The position numbers and the translations under genes were made by a program. The notes beneath the pieces are model-generated. The model was given only the letters and a program-made list of their open reading frames with translations. It did no database searches and was not told the origin of the DNA. Shown here piece after piece: positions 1 to 11,646 of a stretch of DNA of 64,000 bases (positions are counted from its first letter, which is position 1; each line of letters opens with the position of its first letter). Source of the DNA: Antedon mediterranea (Eukaryota > Animalia > Echinodermata). Location: the NCBI RefSeq assembly GCF_964355755.1, contig NC_092671.1:16306001-16370000 (forward strand), written 5' to 3'.

Positions 1-3000
1 TACTATAGTACAGGAAAATTTTCAAAAAATGGTGATTTTTGACCCTTTTATTTTTTGATATAAATGGTTACTATTGCATAATAAACATGCGCAGAGACGA
101 ATAATGGGTTCTGCGCATGTCAATTGTGCTATAGTAACCAGTTCTATCGAAAAATAAAAAGGTCGAAAATTGGCAATTTTTTTGAAAAAATCCCTGTTTC
201 GAAAATTTTCGAAAAATGGTGATTTTTTACCCTTTTATTTTTTGATATAAATGGTTACTATTGCATAATAAACATGCGCAGAGACGAATAATTGGTTCTG
301 CGCATGTCAATTGTGCTATAGTAACCAGTTGTGCCATAAATGGTTACTATAGCATAATAAACATGCGCAGAGGCGACTAATGGGTTCTGCGCATGTTAAT
401 TGTGCTATAGTAGCCAGTTTATCGAAAATAAAAAGGTTGAAAATTGTCCATTTTTTTGAAAAAAATCCCGTACTATAGTACAGGGAAATTTCCGAAAACT
501 GACAGATTTTCGACCCTTTTATTTTTTTGACATAAATGGTTACTATTGCATAATACACATGCGAAGAGGCGACTAATGGGTTCTGCGCATGTTAATTGTG
601 CTATAGTAACCAGTTTTATCGAAAAATAAAAAGGTAGAAAATTGGCCATTTTTTTTGAAAAAATCCCTGTACTATAGTACAGGAAAATTTTCGAAAAATG
701 GTGATTTTTTACCCTTTTATTTTTTGATATAAATGGTTACTATTGCATAATTACCATGCGCATAGACGAATAATGGGTTCTGCGCATGTCAATTGTGCTA
801 TAGTAACCAGTTTTGACATAAATTGTTACTATAGCATAATAAACATGCGAAGAGGCGACTAATGGGTTCTGCGCATGTCAATTGTGCTATAGTAACCAGT
901 TTTATCGAAAAATAAAAAGTTCGAAAATTGGCCATTTTTTTTGAAAAAATCCCTGTACTATAATACAGGAAAATTTTCGAAAAATGGGCGATTTTCAACC
1001 CTTTTATTTTTTGACATAAATGGTTACTATTGCATAATAACCATGCGCATAGACGAATAATGGGTTCTGCGCATGTCAATTGTGCTATAGTAACCAGTTT
1101 TGACATAAATTGTTACTATTGCATAATAAACATGCGAAGAGGTGACTAATGGGTTCTGCGCATGTCAATTGTGCTATAGTAACCAGTTTTATCGAAAAAT
1201 AAAAAGGTCGAAAATTGGCAATTTTTTTGAGAAAATCCCTGTACTTTAGTACAGGAAAATTTTCGAAAAATGGCCGATTTTCGACCCTTTTATTTTTTGA
1301 CATAAATGGTTACTACTGCATAATAAACATGCGCAGAGACGAATAATTGGTTCTGCGCATGTCAATTGTGCTATAGTAACCAGTTTTGATATAAATGGTT
1401 ACTATAGCATAATAAACATGCGCAGAGGCGACTAATGTGTTCTGCGCATGTTAATTGTGCTATAGTAGCCAGTTTTATCGAAAATAAAAAGGTCGAAAAT
1501 TGGCAATTTTTATGAAAAAATTCCTGTACTATAGTACAGGAAAATTTTCAAAAAATTTTGATTTTTGACCCTTTTATTTTTTGACATAAATGGTTACTAT
1601 TGCATAATAACCATGCGCATAGACGAATAATGGGTTCTGCGCATGTCAATTGTGCTATAGTAACCAGTTTTGACATAAATTTTTACTATTGCATAATAAA
1701 CATGCGAAGAGGTGACTAATGGGTTCTGCGCATGTCAATTGTGCTATAGTAGCCAGTTTTATCGAAAATAAAAAGGTCGAAAATTGGCCATTTTTTTGAA
1801 AAAAATCCCGTACTATAGTACAGGGAAATTTCCGAAAACTGACAGATTTTCGACCCTTTTATTTTTTGACATAAATGGTTTCTATTGCATAATACACATG
1901 CGAACGGGCGACTAATGGGTTCTGCGCATGTTAATTGTGCTATAGTAACCAGTTTTATCGAAAAATAAAAAGGTCGAAAATTGGCCATTTTTTTTTTTTG
2001 AAAAAGTCCCTGTACTATAATACAGGAAAATTTTCGAAAAATGGGCGATTTTCGACTCTTTTATTTTTTGACATAAATGGTTACTATTGCATAATAACCA
2101 TGCGCATAGACGAATAATGAGTTCTGCGCATGTCAATTGTGCTATAGTTACCAGTTTTGACATAAATTGTTACTATTGCATAATAAACATGCGAAGAGGT
2201 GACTAATGGGTTCTGCGCATGTTAATTGTGCTATAGTAGCCAGTTTTATCGAAAATAAAAAGGTCGAAAATTGGCAATTTTTATGAAAAAATTCCTGTAC
2301 TATAGTACAGGAAAATTTTCAAAAAATGTTCATTTTTTACCCTTTTATTTTTTGACATAAATGGTTACTATTGCATAATAACCATGCGCATAGACGAATA
2401 ATGGGTTCTGCGCATGTCAATTGTGCTATAGTAACCAGTTTTGACATAAATTTTTACTATTGCATAATAAACATGCGAAGAGGTGACTAATGGGTTCTGC
2501 GCATGTCAATTGTGCTATAGTAGCCAGTTTTATCGAAAATAAAAAGGTCGAAAATTGGCCATTTTTTTGAAAAAAATCCCATACTATAGTACAGGGAAAT
2601 TTCCGAAAACTGACAGATTTTCGACCCTTTTATTTTTTGACATAAATGGTTACTATTGCATAACACACATGCGAAGAGGCGACTAATGGGTTCTGCGCAT
2701 GTTAATTGTGCTATAGTAACCAGTTTTATCGAAAAATAAAAAGGTAGAAAATTGGCCATTTTTTTGAAAAAATCCCGTACTATAGTACAGGGAAATTTCC
2801 GAAAACTGACAGATTTTCGACCCTTTTATTTTTTGACATAAATGGTTTCTATTGCATAATACACATGCGAACGGGCGACTAATGGGTTCTGCGCATGTTA
2901 ATTGTGCTATAGTAACCAGTTTTATCGAAAAATAAAAAGGTCGAAAATTGGCCATTTTTTTTTTTGAAAAAGTCCCTGTACTATAATACAAGAAAATTTT

Positions 3001-6000
3001 CGAAAAATGGGCGATTTTCGACCCTTTTATTTTTTGACATAAATGGTTACTATTGCAAAATAACCATGCGCATAGACGAATAATGGGTTCTGCGCATGTC
3101 AATTGTGCTATAGTTACCAGTTTTGACATAAATTGTTACTATTGTATAATAAACATGCGAAGAGGTGACTAATGGGTTCTGCGCATGTCAATTGTGCTAT
3201 AGTAACCAGTTTTATCGAAAAATAAAAAGGTCGAAAATTGGAAATTTTTTTGAAAAAATCCCTGTACTAAAGTACAGGAAAATTTTCGAAAATTTGCCGA
3301 TTTTCGACCCTGTTATTTTTTGACATAACTAGTTACTACTGCATAATAAACATGCGCAGAGACGAATAATTGGTTCTGCGCATGTCAATTGTGCTATAGT
3401 AACCAGTTTTGACATAAATGGTTACTATAGCATAATAAACATGCGCAGAGGCGACTAATGGGTTCTGCGCATGTTAATTGTGCTATAGTAGCCAGTTTTA
3501 TCGAAAATAAAAAGGTCGAAAATTGGCAATTTTTATGAAAAAATTCCTGTACTATAGTACAGGAAAATTTTCAAAAAATGGTCATTTTTGACCCTTTTAT
3601 TTTTTGACATAAATGGTTACTATTGCATAATAACCATGCGCATAGACGAATAATGGGTTCTGCGCATGTCAATTGTGCTATAGTAACCAGTTTTGACATA
3701 AATTTTTACTATTGCATAATAAACATGCGAAGAGGTGACTAATGGGTTCTGCGCATGTCAATTGTGCTATAGTAGCCAGTTTTATCGAAAATAAAAAGGT
3801 CGAAAATTGGCCATTTTTTTGAAAAAAAATCCCGTACTATAGTACAGGGAAATTTCCGAAAACTGACAGATTTTCGACCCTTTTATTTTTTGACATAAAT
3901 GGTTACTATTGCATAACACACATGCGAAGAGGCGACTAATAGGTTCTGCGCATGTTAATTGTGCTATAGTAACCAGTTTTATCGAAAAATAAAAAGGTAG
4001 AAAATTGGCCATTTTTTTGAAAAAATCCCTGTACTAGTACAGAAAAATTTTCGAAAAATGGTGATTTTTTACCCTTTTGTTTTTGGATATAAATGGTTAC
4101 TATTGCATAATTACCATGCGCATAGACGAATAATGGGTACTCCACATGTCAATTGTGCTATAGTAACCAGTTTTTACATAAATTGTTACTATAGCATAAT
4201 AAACATGCGCAGAGGCGACTAATGGGTTCTGCGCATGTCAATTGTGCTATAGTAACCAGTTTTATCGAAAAATAAAAAGTTCGAAAATTGGCCATTTTTT
4301 TTGAAAAATCCCTGTACTATAATACAGGAAAATTTTCAAAAAATGGGCGATTTTCGACACTTTTATTTTTTGACATAAATGGTTACTATTGCATAATAAC
4401 CATGCGCATAGACGAATAATGGGTTCTGCGCATGTCAATTGTGCTATAGAAACCAGTTTTGACATAAATTGTTACTATTGCATAATAAACATGCGAAGAG
4501 GTGACTAATGTGTTCTGCGCATGTCAATTGTGCTATAGTAACCAGTTTTATCGAAAAATAAAAAGGTCGAAAATTGGCCATTTTTTGGAAAAAATCTTTG
4601 TACTATAGTACAGGAAAATTTTCAAAAAATGGCCGATTTTCGACACTTTTATTTTTTGACATAAATAGTTACTACTGCATAATAACCATGCGCAGAGACG
4701 AATAATGGGTTCTGCGCATGTCAATTGTGCTATAGTAACCAGTTTTGACATAAATTGTTACTATTGCATAATAAACATGCGAAGAGGTGACTAATGGGTT
4801 CTGCGCATGTCAATTGTGCTATAGTAGCCAGTTTTATCGAAAATAAAAAGGTCGAAAATTGGCAATTTTTATTAAAAAATCCCTGTACTATAGTACAGGA
4901 AAATTTTCAAAAAATGGTGATTTTTGACCCTTTTATTTTTTGATATAAATGGTTACTATTGCATAATAAACATGCGCAGAGACGAATAATGGGTTCTGCG
5001 CATGTCAATTGTGCTATAGTAACCAGTTCTATCGAAAAATAAAAAGGTCGAAAATTGGCAATTTTTTTGAAAAAATCCCTGTTTCGAAAATTTTCGAAAA
5101 ATGGTGATTTTTTACCCTTTTATTTTTTGATATAAATGGTTACTATTGCATAATAAACATGCGCAGAGACGAATAATTGGTTCTGCGCATGTCAATTGTG
5201 CTATAGTAACCAGTTTTGCCATAAATGGTTACTATAGCATAATAAACATGCGCAGAGGCGACTAATGGGTTCTGCGCATGTTAATTGTGCTATAGTAGCC
5301 AGTTTATCAAAAATAAAAAGGTTGAAAATTGGCCATTTTTTTGAAAAAAATCCCGTACTATAGTACAGGGAAATTTCCGAAAACTGACAGATTTTCGACC
5401 CTTTTATTTTTTGACATAAATGGTTACTATTGCATAATACACATGCGAAGAGGCGACTAATGGGTTCTGCGCATGTTAATTGTGCTATAGTAACCAGTTT
5501 TATCGAAAAATAAAAAGGTAGAAAATTGGCCATTTTTTTTGAAAAAATCCCTGTACTATAGTACAGGAACATTTTCGAAAAATGGTGATTTTTTACCCTT
5601 TTATTTTTTGATATAAATGGTTACTATTGCATAATTACCATGCGCATAGACGAATAATGGGTTCTGCGCATGTCAATTGTGCTATAGTAACCAGTTTTGA
5701 CATAAATTTTTACTATTGCATAATAAACATGCGAAGAGGTGACTAATGGGTTCTGCGCATGTCAATTGTGCTATAGTAACCAGTTTTATCGAAAAATAAA
5801 AAGGTCGAAAATTGGCAATTTTTTTGAAAAAATCCCTTTACTATAGTACCGGAAAATTTTCGAAAAATGGCCGATTTTCGACCCTTTTATTTTTTGACAT
5901 AAATAGTTACTACTGCATAATAAACATGCGCAGAGACGAATAATTGGTTCTGCGCATGTCAATTGTGCTATAGTAACCAGTTTTGACATAAATGGTTACT

Positions 6001-6126
6001 ATAGCATAATAAACATGCGCAGAGGCGACTAATGGGTTCTGCGCATGTTAATTGTGCTATAGTAGCCAGTTTTATCGAAAATAAAAAGGTCGAAAATTGG
6101 CCATTTTTTTGAAAAAATCCCTGTAC
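1..6126. repeat. Satellite array (left of the RTE insertion), made of palindromic ~91-bp core and ~105-bp spacer modules; 286-bp and ~195-bp monomers
   Basis: Continuous tandem copies of gacataaatggttactattgcataataaacatgcgcagagacgaataatgggttctgcgcatgtcaattgtgctatagtaaccagttt and tatcgaaaaataaaaaggtcgaaaattggcc...ccctgtactatagtacagg...ttttcgacccttttattttt. Identical landmarks recur 286 bp apart (e.g. 4262 and 4548). The array runs off the left edge of the window. Confidence 0.97.
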
Positions 6127-9100
6127 CATATAGAAGATACATTTCTAGGACAACGGCAGACCTCAGCACACATTGTCAGGCAGGATGGTGATCCCATTTA
6201 TGGCTGATAGACTGCGGTGAAGAAGGCAACGGGAAACCACATCACTATCATTTTTTCCAAGAACAATTATGAAGTGTCACAATTCAAGAATGAAAGCTAA
6301 CGGCGTAAAGGGGGTACATCCATCGTATGAAGGAGGCTCCTCGCCCGGTAGGGTGTCTCATGTGCGACAGGTGGAGCTCGACCGTCATAAAGCTACGTCC
6401 GCAATAGAAGTACAATCAGACTAGGAACGTGGAATGTGAGGACCTTGTATCAAGATGGCAAACTTGAAAGTGTTAAGCAGGAAATGATGAGACTCAACAT
6501 CAATATATTAGGGATAAATGAAACTCATTGGACAAATAATGGTGAATTTATGATTGATGATTACAAGATGATTTACGCTGGAGGAGACAAACATGAAAAA
6601 GGTGTAGGGTTGCTTTTGGATAGTGATATGGCTAAATGTATGCTGGGCTATTGGGCTGTGAGTGAAAGAGTTATGCTGGTCAAACTGCAGGGACAACCCT
6701 TCAATATCTCTATCATAGTGGTTTATGCTCCTACAGCTGACAGCACAGATGAAGAAATAGATAACTTTTATGCGACCTTAGACCAGGCCAAATCTCAATG
6801 CAAATCAGATGAGATAAATATCATCATGGGTGATCTGAATGCAAAGGTTGGCCATGGACAGGATGGAAACACAGTTGGAGAGCATGGGATTGGTGAAAGA
6901 AATGAGCGTGGTGATAGATGGGTGAACTGGTGTAAAGCTAAGGATATGACCATAACAAATACATGGTTCAAAGAGCATCCCAGACGAATATACACATGGA
7001 AGAGCCCTGGTGATGTGACGAGAAACCAGATTGACTACATTGCAGTAAACAGTAGGTGTAAAAGGGCAGTGACTCATGCAAAAACATACCCAGGGGCAGA
7101 TTGTGGAAGTGACCACATTCCAGTTGTTTGCACACTTCAATCAAAGTTAAAAAAGGTGAAGAAAGCCAAAAATGTACAGAAATTAGACTTTGAGCAGCTA
7201 AACAGTCCGGAGATCCGTATGGAATATTCAATTCAAGTGAAGAATAAGTTTGACATCCTTGTAGATGAAGGTGAAGAGATTACGTGGGATACAATAAAAG
7301 ACATCCTTGTTGAGACAGCCAAAGAATCCTTACCCAAGAAAGAGAGAAGAAGGAAGAACAAATTGGTGTCCGAAGAGATACTATCAATGATGAGGGATAG
7401 ACAGAAGATTAGTAGTAGATCAAGTAAAGAATATAAAAATCTAGATAGAGAAATTAAGCAAAAGTGCAGGGAGGCAAAAGAAAAGTGGCTCAACACCCAG
7501 TGTGAGGAGATTGAGAGTGGACTAGAGAACAACAACCACAAGATTTATCAGAGACTTAATGAGATCACTGGAAGGAAGTCTGGCTGCTCAAACTCTGGAT
7601 GCATTAAGGCAAAGGATGGAACAATGCTTGTTGAAAAGACTGATATTTTGAAAAGATGGACAGAGTATATCGGGAAGCTGTTTTTTGATGTTAGACAAGC
7701 AATGCCAAGCTTTCCTGACTCAGAAGAAGGACCAAAGATCTTGAAAGCAGAAGTACGAACAGCAATCAAGATGTTGAGGAAGAATAAGGCGGCAGGACTG
7801 GATGGTGTAGTCATTGAGATTATTGAGGCATTAGAAGAGTATGGAGTGGAAAAGTTAACTGAAGTGATCAATAAGATATATGAGGATGGAAGTTTCCCTG
7901 AGGACTTGAGTAAGTCCATTTTTATTGCCCTTCCGAAGAAACCAGGTGCTGTAGAGTGTGAAAAACATCGTACAATCAGCCTCATGAGTCATGTCACCAA
8001 GATCATTCTGAGGATACTACTTATGAGAGCAAGAAGTAGATTAAAACCAGAGATTGGGAGTGAGCAGTTTGGTTTTGTAAAGGATTCAGGCACTATAGGA
8101 ATGCCATCTTTGTGATAAGAATGATAACTGAAAGGGCAGTGGAGATGCAGAAAGATGTATACATGTGTTTCATAGACTACACCAAGGCATTTGACAAAGT
8201 AAGGCATGAGCAGCTATTTCAAGAACTTAGCAAGCTTGACCTACATGGAAAGGATCTTCGATTGTTGCAAAATTTGACTGCATGCATGAGGGTAGATGGG
8301 GAGTGCAGTGACTACACAAGTATTGAAAAAGGAGTGAGACAGGGCTGTGTAATGTCACCAGACTTGTTTAACTACTATAGCGAGTTGATCTTGAGGGAGC
8401 TAGAGAATGAGAAGGGTTTGAGAGTTTGTGGTAGAAATATTACAAACATCAGATATGCAGATGACACAGTTCTACTGGCAGAGTCAGCTGAAGATCTCCA
8501 AAGGTTGCTGGATGTGGTTGTAGTAGAGAGCGAAAAGATGGGTCTGTCTATAAATTGTAGTAAGACAGAGTGTTTAGTATTGTCAAAAAAGGAGAGTCCA
8601 ACGTGTAACCTTCGAGCAGGTGACCAGTTAATTCAGCAGGTGTCCTCTTTTAACTATCTTGGGAGCAAAATAACAGATGATGCCAGGTGTGTAACGGAGA
8701 TAAAGAGAAGGATAGTCCTTGCGAAATCCGCATTTGGAGAAATGGAGAATATCTTGAAGAACTGTGCGATGAGTATGGAAACCAGGTTGCGTGTATTAAA
8801 CTGCTACATCTATCCTGTGCTGATGTATGGAAGTGAAGCCTGGTCAATCACAACTGACCTCAGAAAAAGATTGGAAAGCTGTGAGATGTGGTTTCTAAGG
8901 AGAATGATGAGAATTCCATGGACAGATAGAGTTAGTAACGAAGATGTATTGATAAGAGCTAGAGTGTGCAGGAAACTACTGAAGGATATTAGGATTAGAC
9001 AGATGAGATTCATGGGACATGTGTTGAGGAAGGAAGGTCCGGAGAACTTGGCATTAACTGGGAAAATAGAAGGAAGAAGGAGCAGGGGGAGAAAAAGAGT

Positions 9101-9246
9101 CACTTGGTTGGCCAGCATAGCTGAATGGATTCGGAATAGAGGCGTGAATACCAAAGAAATGGAGTTGCTGAACATGGCAATAGACAGAGAATTGTGGCAC
9201 AACATGATCGCCAAAGTCTCATGATATGGCACTTCGAGAGAGAGAG
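6127..9246 (+). mobile_element. RTE-clade non-LTR retrotransposon, near full length, inactivated
   Basis: Abrupt break in the satellite after ...ccctgtac (6126), resuming at actatagtacagg (9247). The 5' region has the RTE/BovB-type motif gaagaaggcaacgggaaaccac. It has a single APE+RT coding region, no long ORF1, a very short 3' UTR and a (GA)n tail at 9236-9246. Confidence 0.95.
6269..9224 (+). pseudogene. RTE ORF: apurinic-type endonuclease + reverse transcriptase, disrupted
   Basis: Endonuclease motifs GTWNVRTL, GINETHW, YAPT, MGDLNAKVG, NQIDYI and SDH. RT motifs HRTISLMSH, EQFGF, FIDYTKAFD, GVRQGCVMSP, YADD (8454-8465) and FNYLGS. Lesions: an inferred 1-nt deletion near 6396 joins ATG 6269/6290 (MKANGVKG...DRHKAT) to VRNRSTIRLGTWNV; a 2-nt insertion near 8095 breaks GTRNAIF; an inferred 12-nt in-frame deletion at 8276/8277 removes the usual YWxQ between QNL and TAC. 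Confidence 0.93.
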
Positions 9247-9710
9247 ACTATAGTACAGGAAAATTTTCGAAAAATGGCCGATTTTCGACCCTTTTATTTT
9301 TTGACATAAATAGTTACTACTGCATAATAAACATGCGCAGAGACGAATAATTGGTTCTGCGCATGTCAATTGTGCTATAGTAACCAGTTTTGACATAAAT
9401 GGTTACTATAGCATAATAAACATGCGCAGAGGCGACTAATGGGTTCTGCGCATGTTAATTGAGCTATAGTAACCAATTTTATCGAAAAATAAAAAGGTCG
9501 AAAATTGGCCATTTTTTTGAAAAAATACCTGTACTATAGTACAGGGAAATTTCCGAAAACTGACCGATTTTCGACCCTTTTATTTTTTGACATAAATGGT
9601 TACTATTGCATAATAAACATGCGCAGAGACGAATAATGGTTTCTGCGCATGTCAATTGTGCTATAGTAACCAGTTTTGACATAAATGGTTACTATAGCAT
9701 AATAAACATT
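9247..9710. repeat. Satellite array, continuation right of the RTE insertion
   Basis: Same modules, in register with the left part. Confidence 0.96.
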
Positions 9711-10950
9711 TCAAACATTTTTGATAAAAATTTAATTATTATGCAATAATATTGCCATATATGCGCATATATTGCGGGTTATCATCTTCTTATAGTCGTA
9801 GTAACCAGTTTTGTCAAAATATAAAAAGGTCGACATTTGGTCATTTTTGAAAATTTCCCTGTGCTATAGTATTGGGATTTTTTCAAAAATGGCCAAAATT
9901 TAATTATTTATGCAATAATATTGCCATATATGCGCATATATTGCGCTATCATCATCTTATAGAGTCATAGTAACCAGTTTTGTCAAAATATAAAAAGGTC
10001 GAAATGTTGTCATTTTTTAAAATTTCCCTCTACAGGGATTTTTTTCAAAAATGGCCAAAATATCGACTTTTTAAAATTTAATTATTATGCAATAATATTG
10101 CCATATATACGCATATATTGCGTTATCATCATCTTATAGAGTCATAGTAACCAGTTTTGTCAAAATATAAAAAGGTCGAAATTTTGTCATTTGAAAATTT
10201 GAAGATTTTTTCAAAAATGGCCAAAATATCGACTTTTTAAAATTTAATTATTATGCAAATAAAATTGGTCATTTCTGGACAAATTTCCCTGTAACAACAT
10301 AACTGGTTGCTATTATAATCATAATTGACATGCGCAGATCACACTATATGATTCTGCGCATATCAATTACGATATAGTAACCAGTTATATCAAAATAAAA
10401 AAGCAATTGGCAATTCTCCGAAAAATTTTCTATTCTTCGTAACTGGTTACTATATAATAATTGACACACACAGAACATGCATGTCAATTATGATAATAGT
10501 AATCAGTTATATAAAAAAATATAAGGATTGAGATTTGGCAATGTTTTTTTTCTTCTATTATTATTAGTACAGGGATTTTTTCGAAAAATGAATATGATTC
10601 TGCGCATATCAATTTAGATATAGTAACCAGTTATATAAACAAATTTAAGGATTTAAATTTGGAAATTTTCCAAAAACATTTTTTTTTTAAATGGCAAAAT
10701 TTCGACCTTTCTATTTTTCGACATAACTGGTTACCATTTCATAATTGACATATGCATAACACATTATATGATTCTGCGCATGTCAATTATGTTATGGTAA
10801 CCAGTTAAATAAAAAAATAAAGGGGTCGAAATGTTTTCGAAAATGTCTCTTTACTATAATAGTACAGTGATTTTTTTTCTTCCAAGAAATGGACACATTT
10901 CGACCTTTCTATTTCTTTTTTTGAAATAACTGGTGACTATATCATTATAT
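9711..10950. repeat. Diverged satellite-related copies at the array edge
   Basis: Three ~170-bp units (aatttaattattatgcaataatattgccatatatgcgcatatattgcg...atagtaaccagttttgtcaaaatataaaaaggtcga) at ~9730-10260. Then come palindromic cores ataactggtt...ataattgacatgcgcaga...ttctgcgcatatcaatt...atagtaaccagttat at ~10290-10950. Confidence 0.85.
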
Positions 10951-11550
10951 ATTATGATAATACAAGAATAATATTATTATGTATTATATTAAAATAACAT
11001 TTGGTTTTTAATAATTTTATATTAAATGTTATATTTATATGGATTTCATAAACACAGCTACTTTTGTGTTAATTATGTCAACAAGCGACCAAATAATCCT
11101 AGGCCTAGCAAGGCTAAAACGCGTAGGCTAGGCTTAGCTTTACTATCATGGCCTAGGCTAGACCTAGCCTAGGCCTAGCTTGGCTGAAAGGCAAAACTTC
11201 GACAGACAATTGGAACTAATCTAGGCTAATTATGGTTTTTCCAACAATTCCACGTCTTGTAAGGATGTCTCCATTAATTAATAAAAATCCTAAAAACGAT
11301 TTAAAGCTAATTTAAATGCCTTTTTGAATGAAATTAGTACATATATATGTCCAAATCGTACAAAAAAATCTGCTGCTCGCGGTGGTGTTTACAAACGAAA
11401 CTGAGGCCAGACGACAGGTGGCGCTGTTGTATTTCACACAGTACAGAGCCATATTACAGTATCTAAAATTTAAGGTAATTTGTATACTAGATTTATTTTC
11501 ATCCGCGAAACGTTTTTTTTTTTCGTACGCAAAAATGTTTCAAAAAGTAC

Positions 11551-11646
11551 TATTTAACGATCGTTGAATAGTGCGTACTATTGCACGCCATGTGACCCAC
11601 ATTCGTCCAATCAAATGACAGGAATTTATTTAGGTGTTATATAATA
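11551..11646 (+). mobile_element. Right end of a MITE, same family as 47228-47407
   Basis: Shares aacga(t/c)cgtt(g/c)aatagtgcgtactattg and aaatgacaggaatt.atttaggtgttatataata with 47325-47407. Confidence 0.7.

Noticed and set aside
6330-6360. HDV-like ribozyme L3 motif tcctcgc
   Set aside because: The flanks do not form P3/P1 with the correct loop length, and the site lies inside the reconstructed ORF.
8091-8115. Programmed frameshift or two-ORF organisation between the 559-aa and 370-aa ORFs
   Set aside because: The break falls inside the conserved GTRNAIF motif, is explained by a 2-nt insertion, and has no slippery site.
6508-9396. Minus-strand ORFs over the RTE
   Set aside because: Antisense shadows of the retrotransposon ORF.
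316-9682. Many minus-strand ORFs with repeated KLVTIAQLTCAEP peptides
   Set aside because: These are translations of the satellite; homopolymer indels shift frames freely between copies.
1-9710. CRISPR-like or attC-like array of palindromic repeats
   Set aside because: There are no unique spacers or cassettes, no cas or integrase gene, and the context is eukaryotic.
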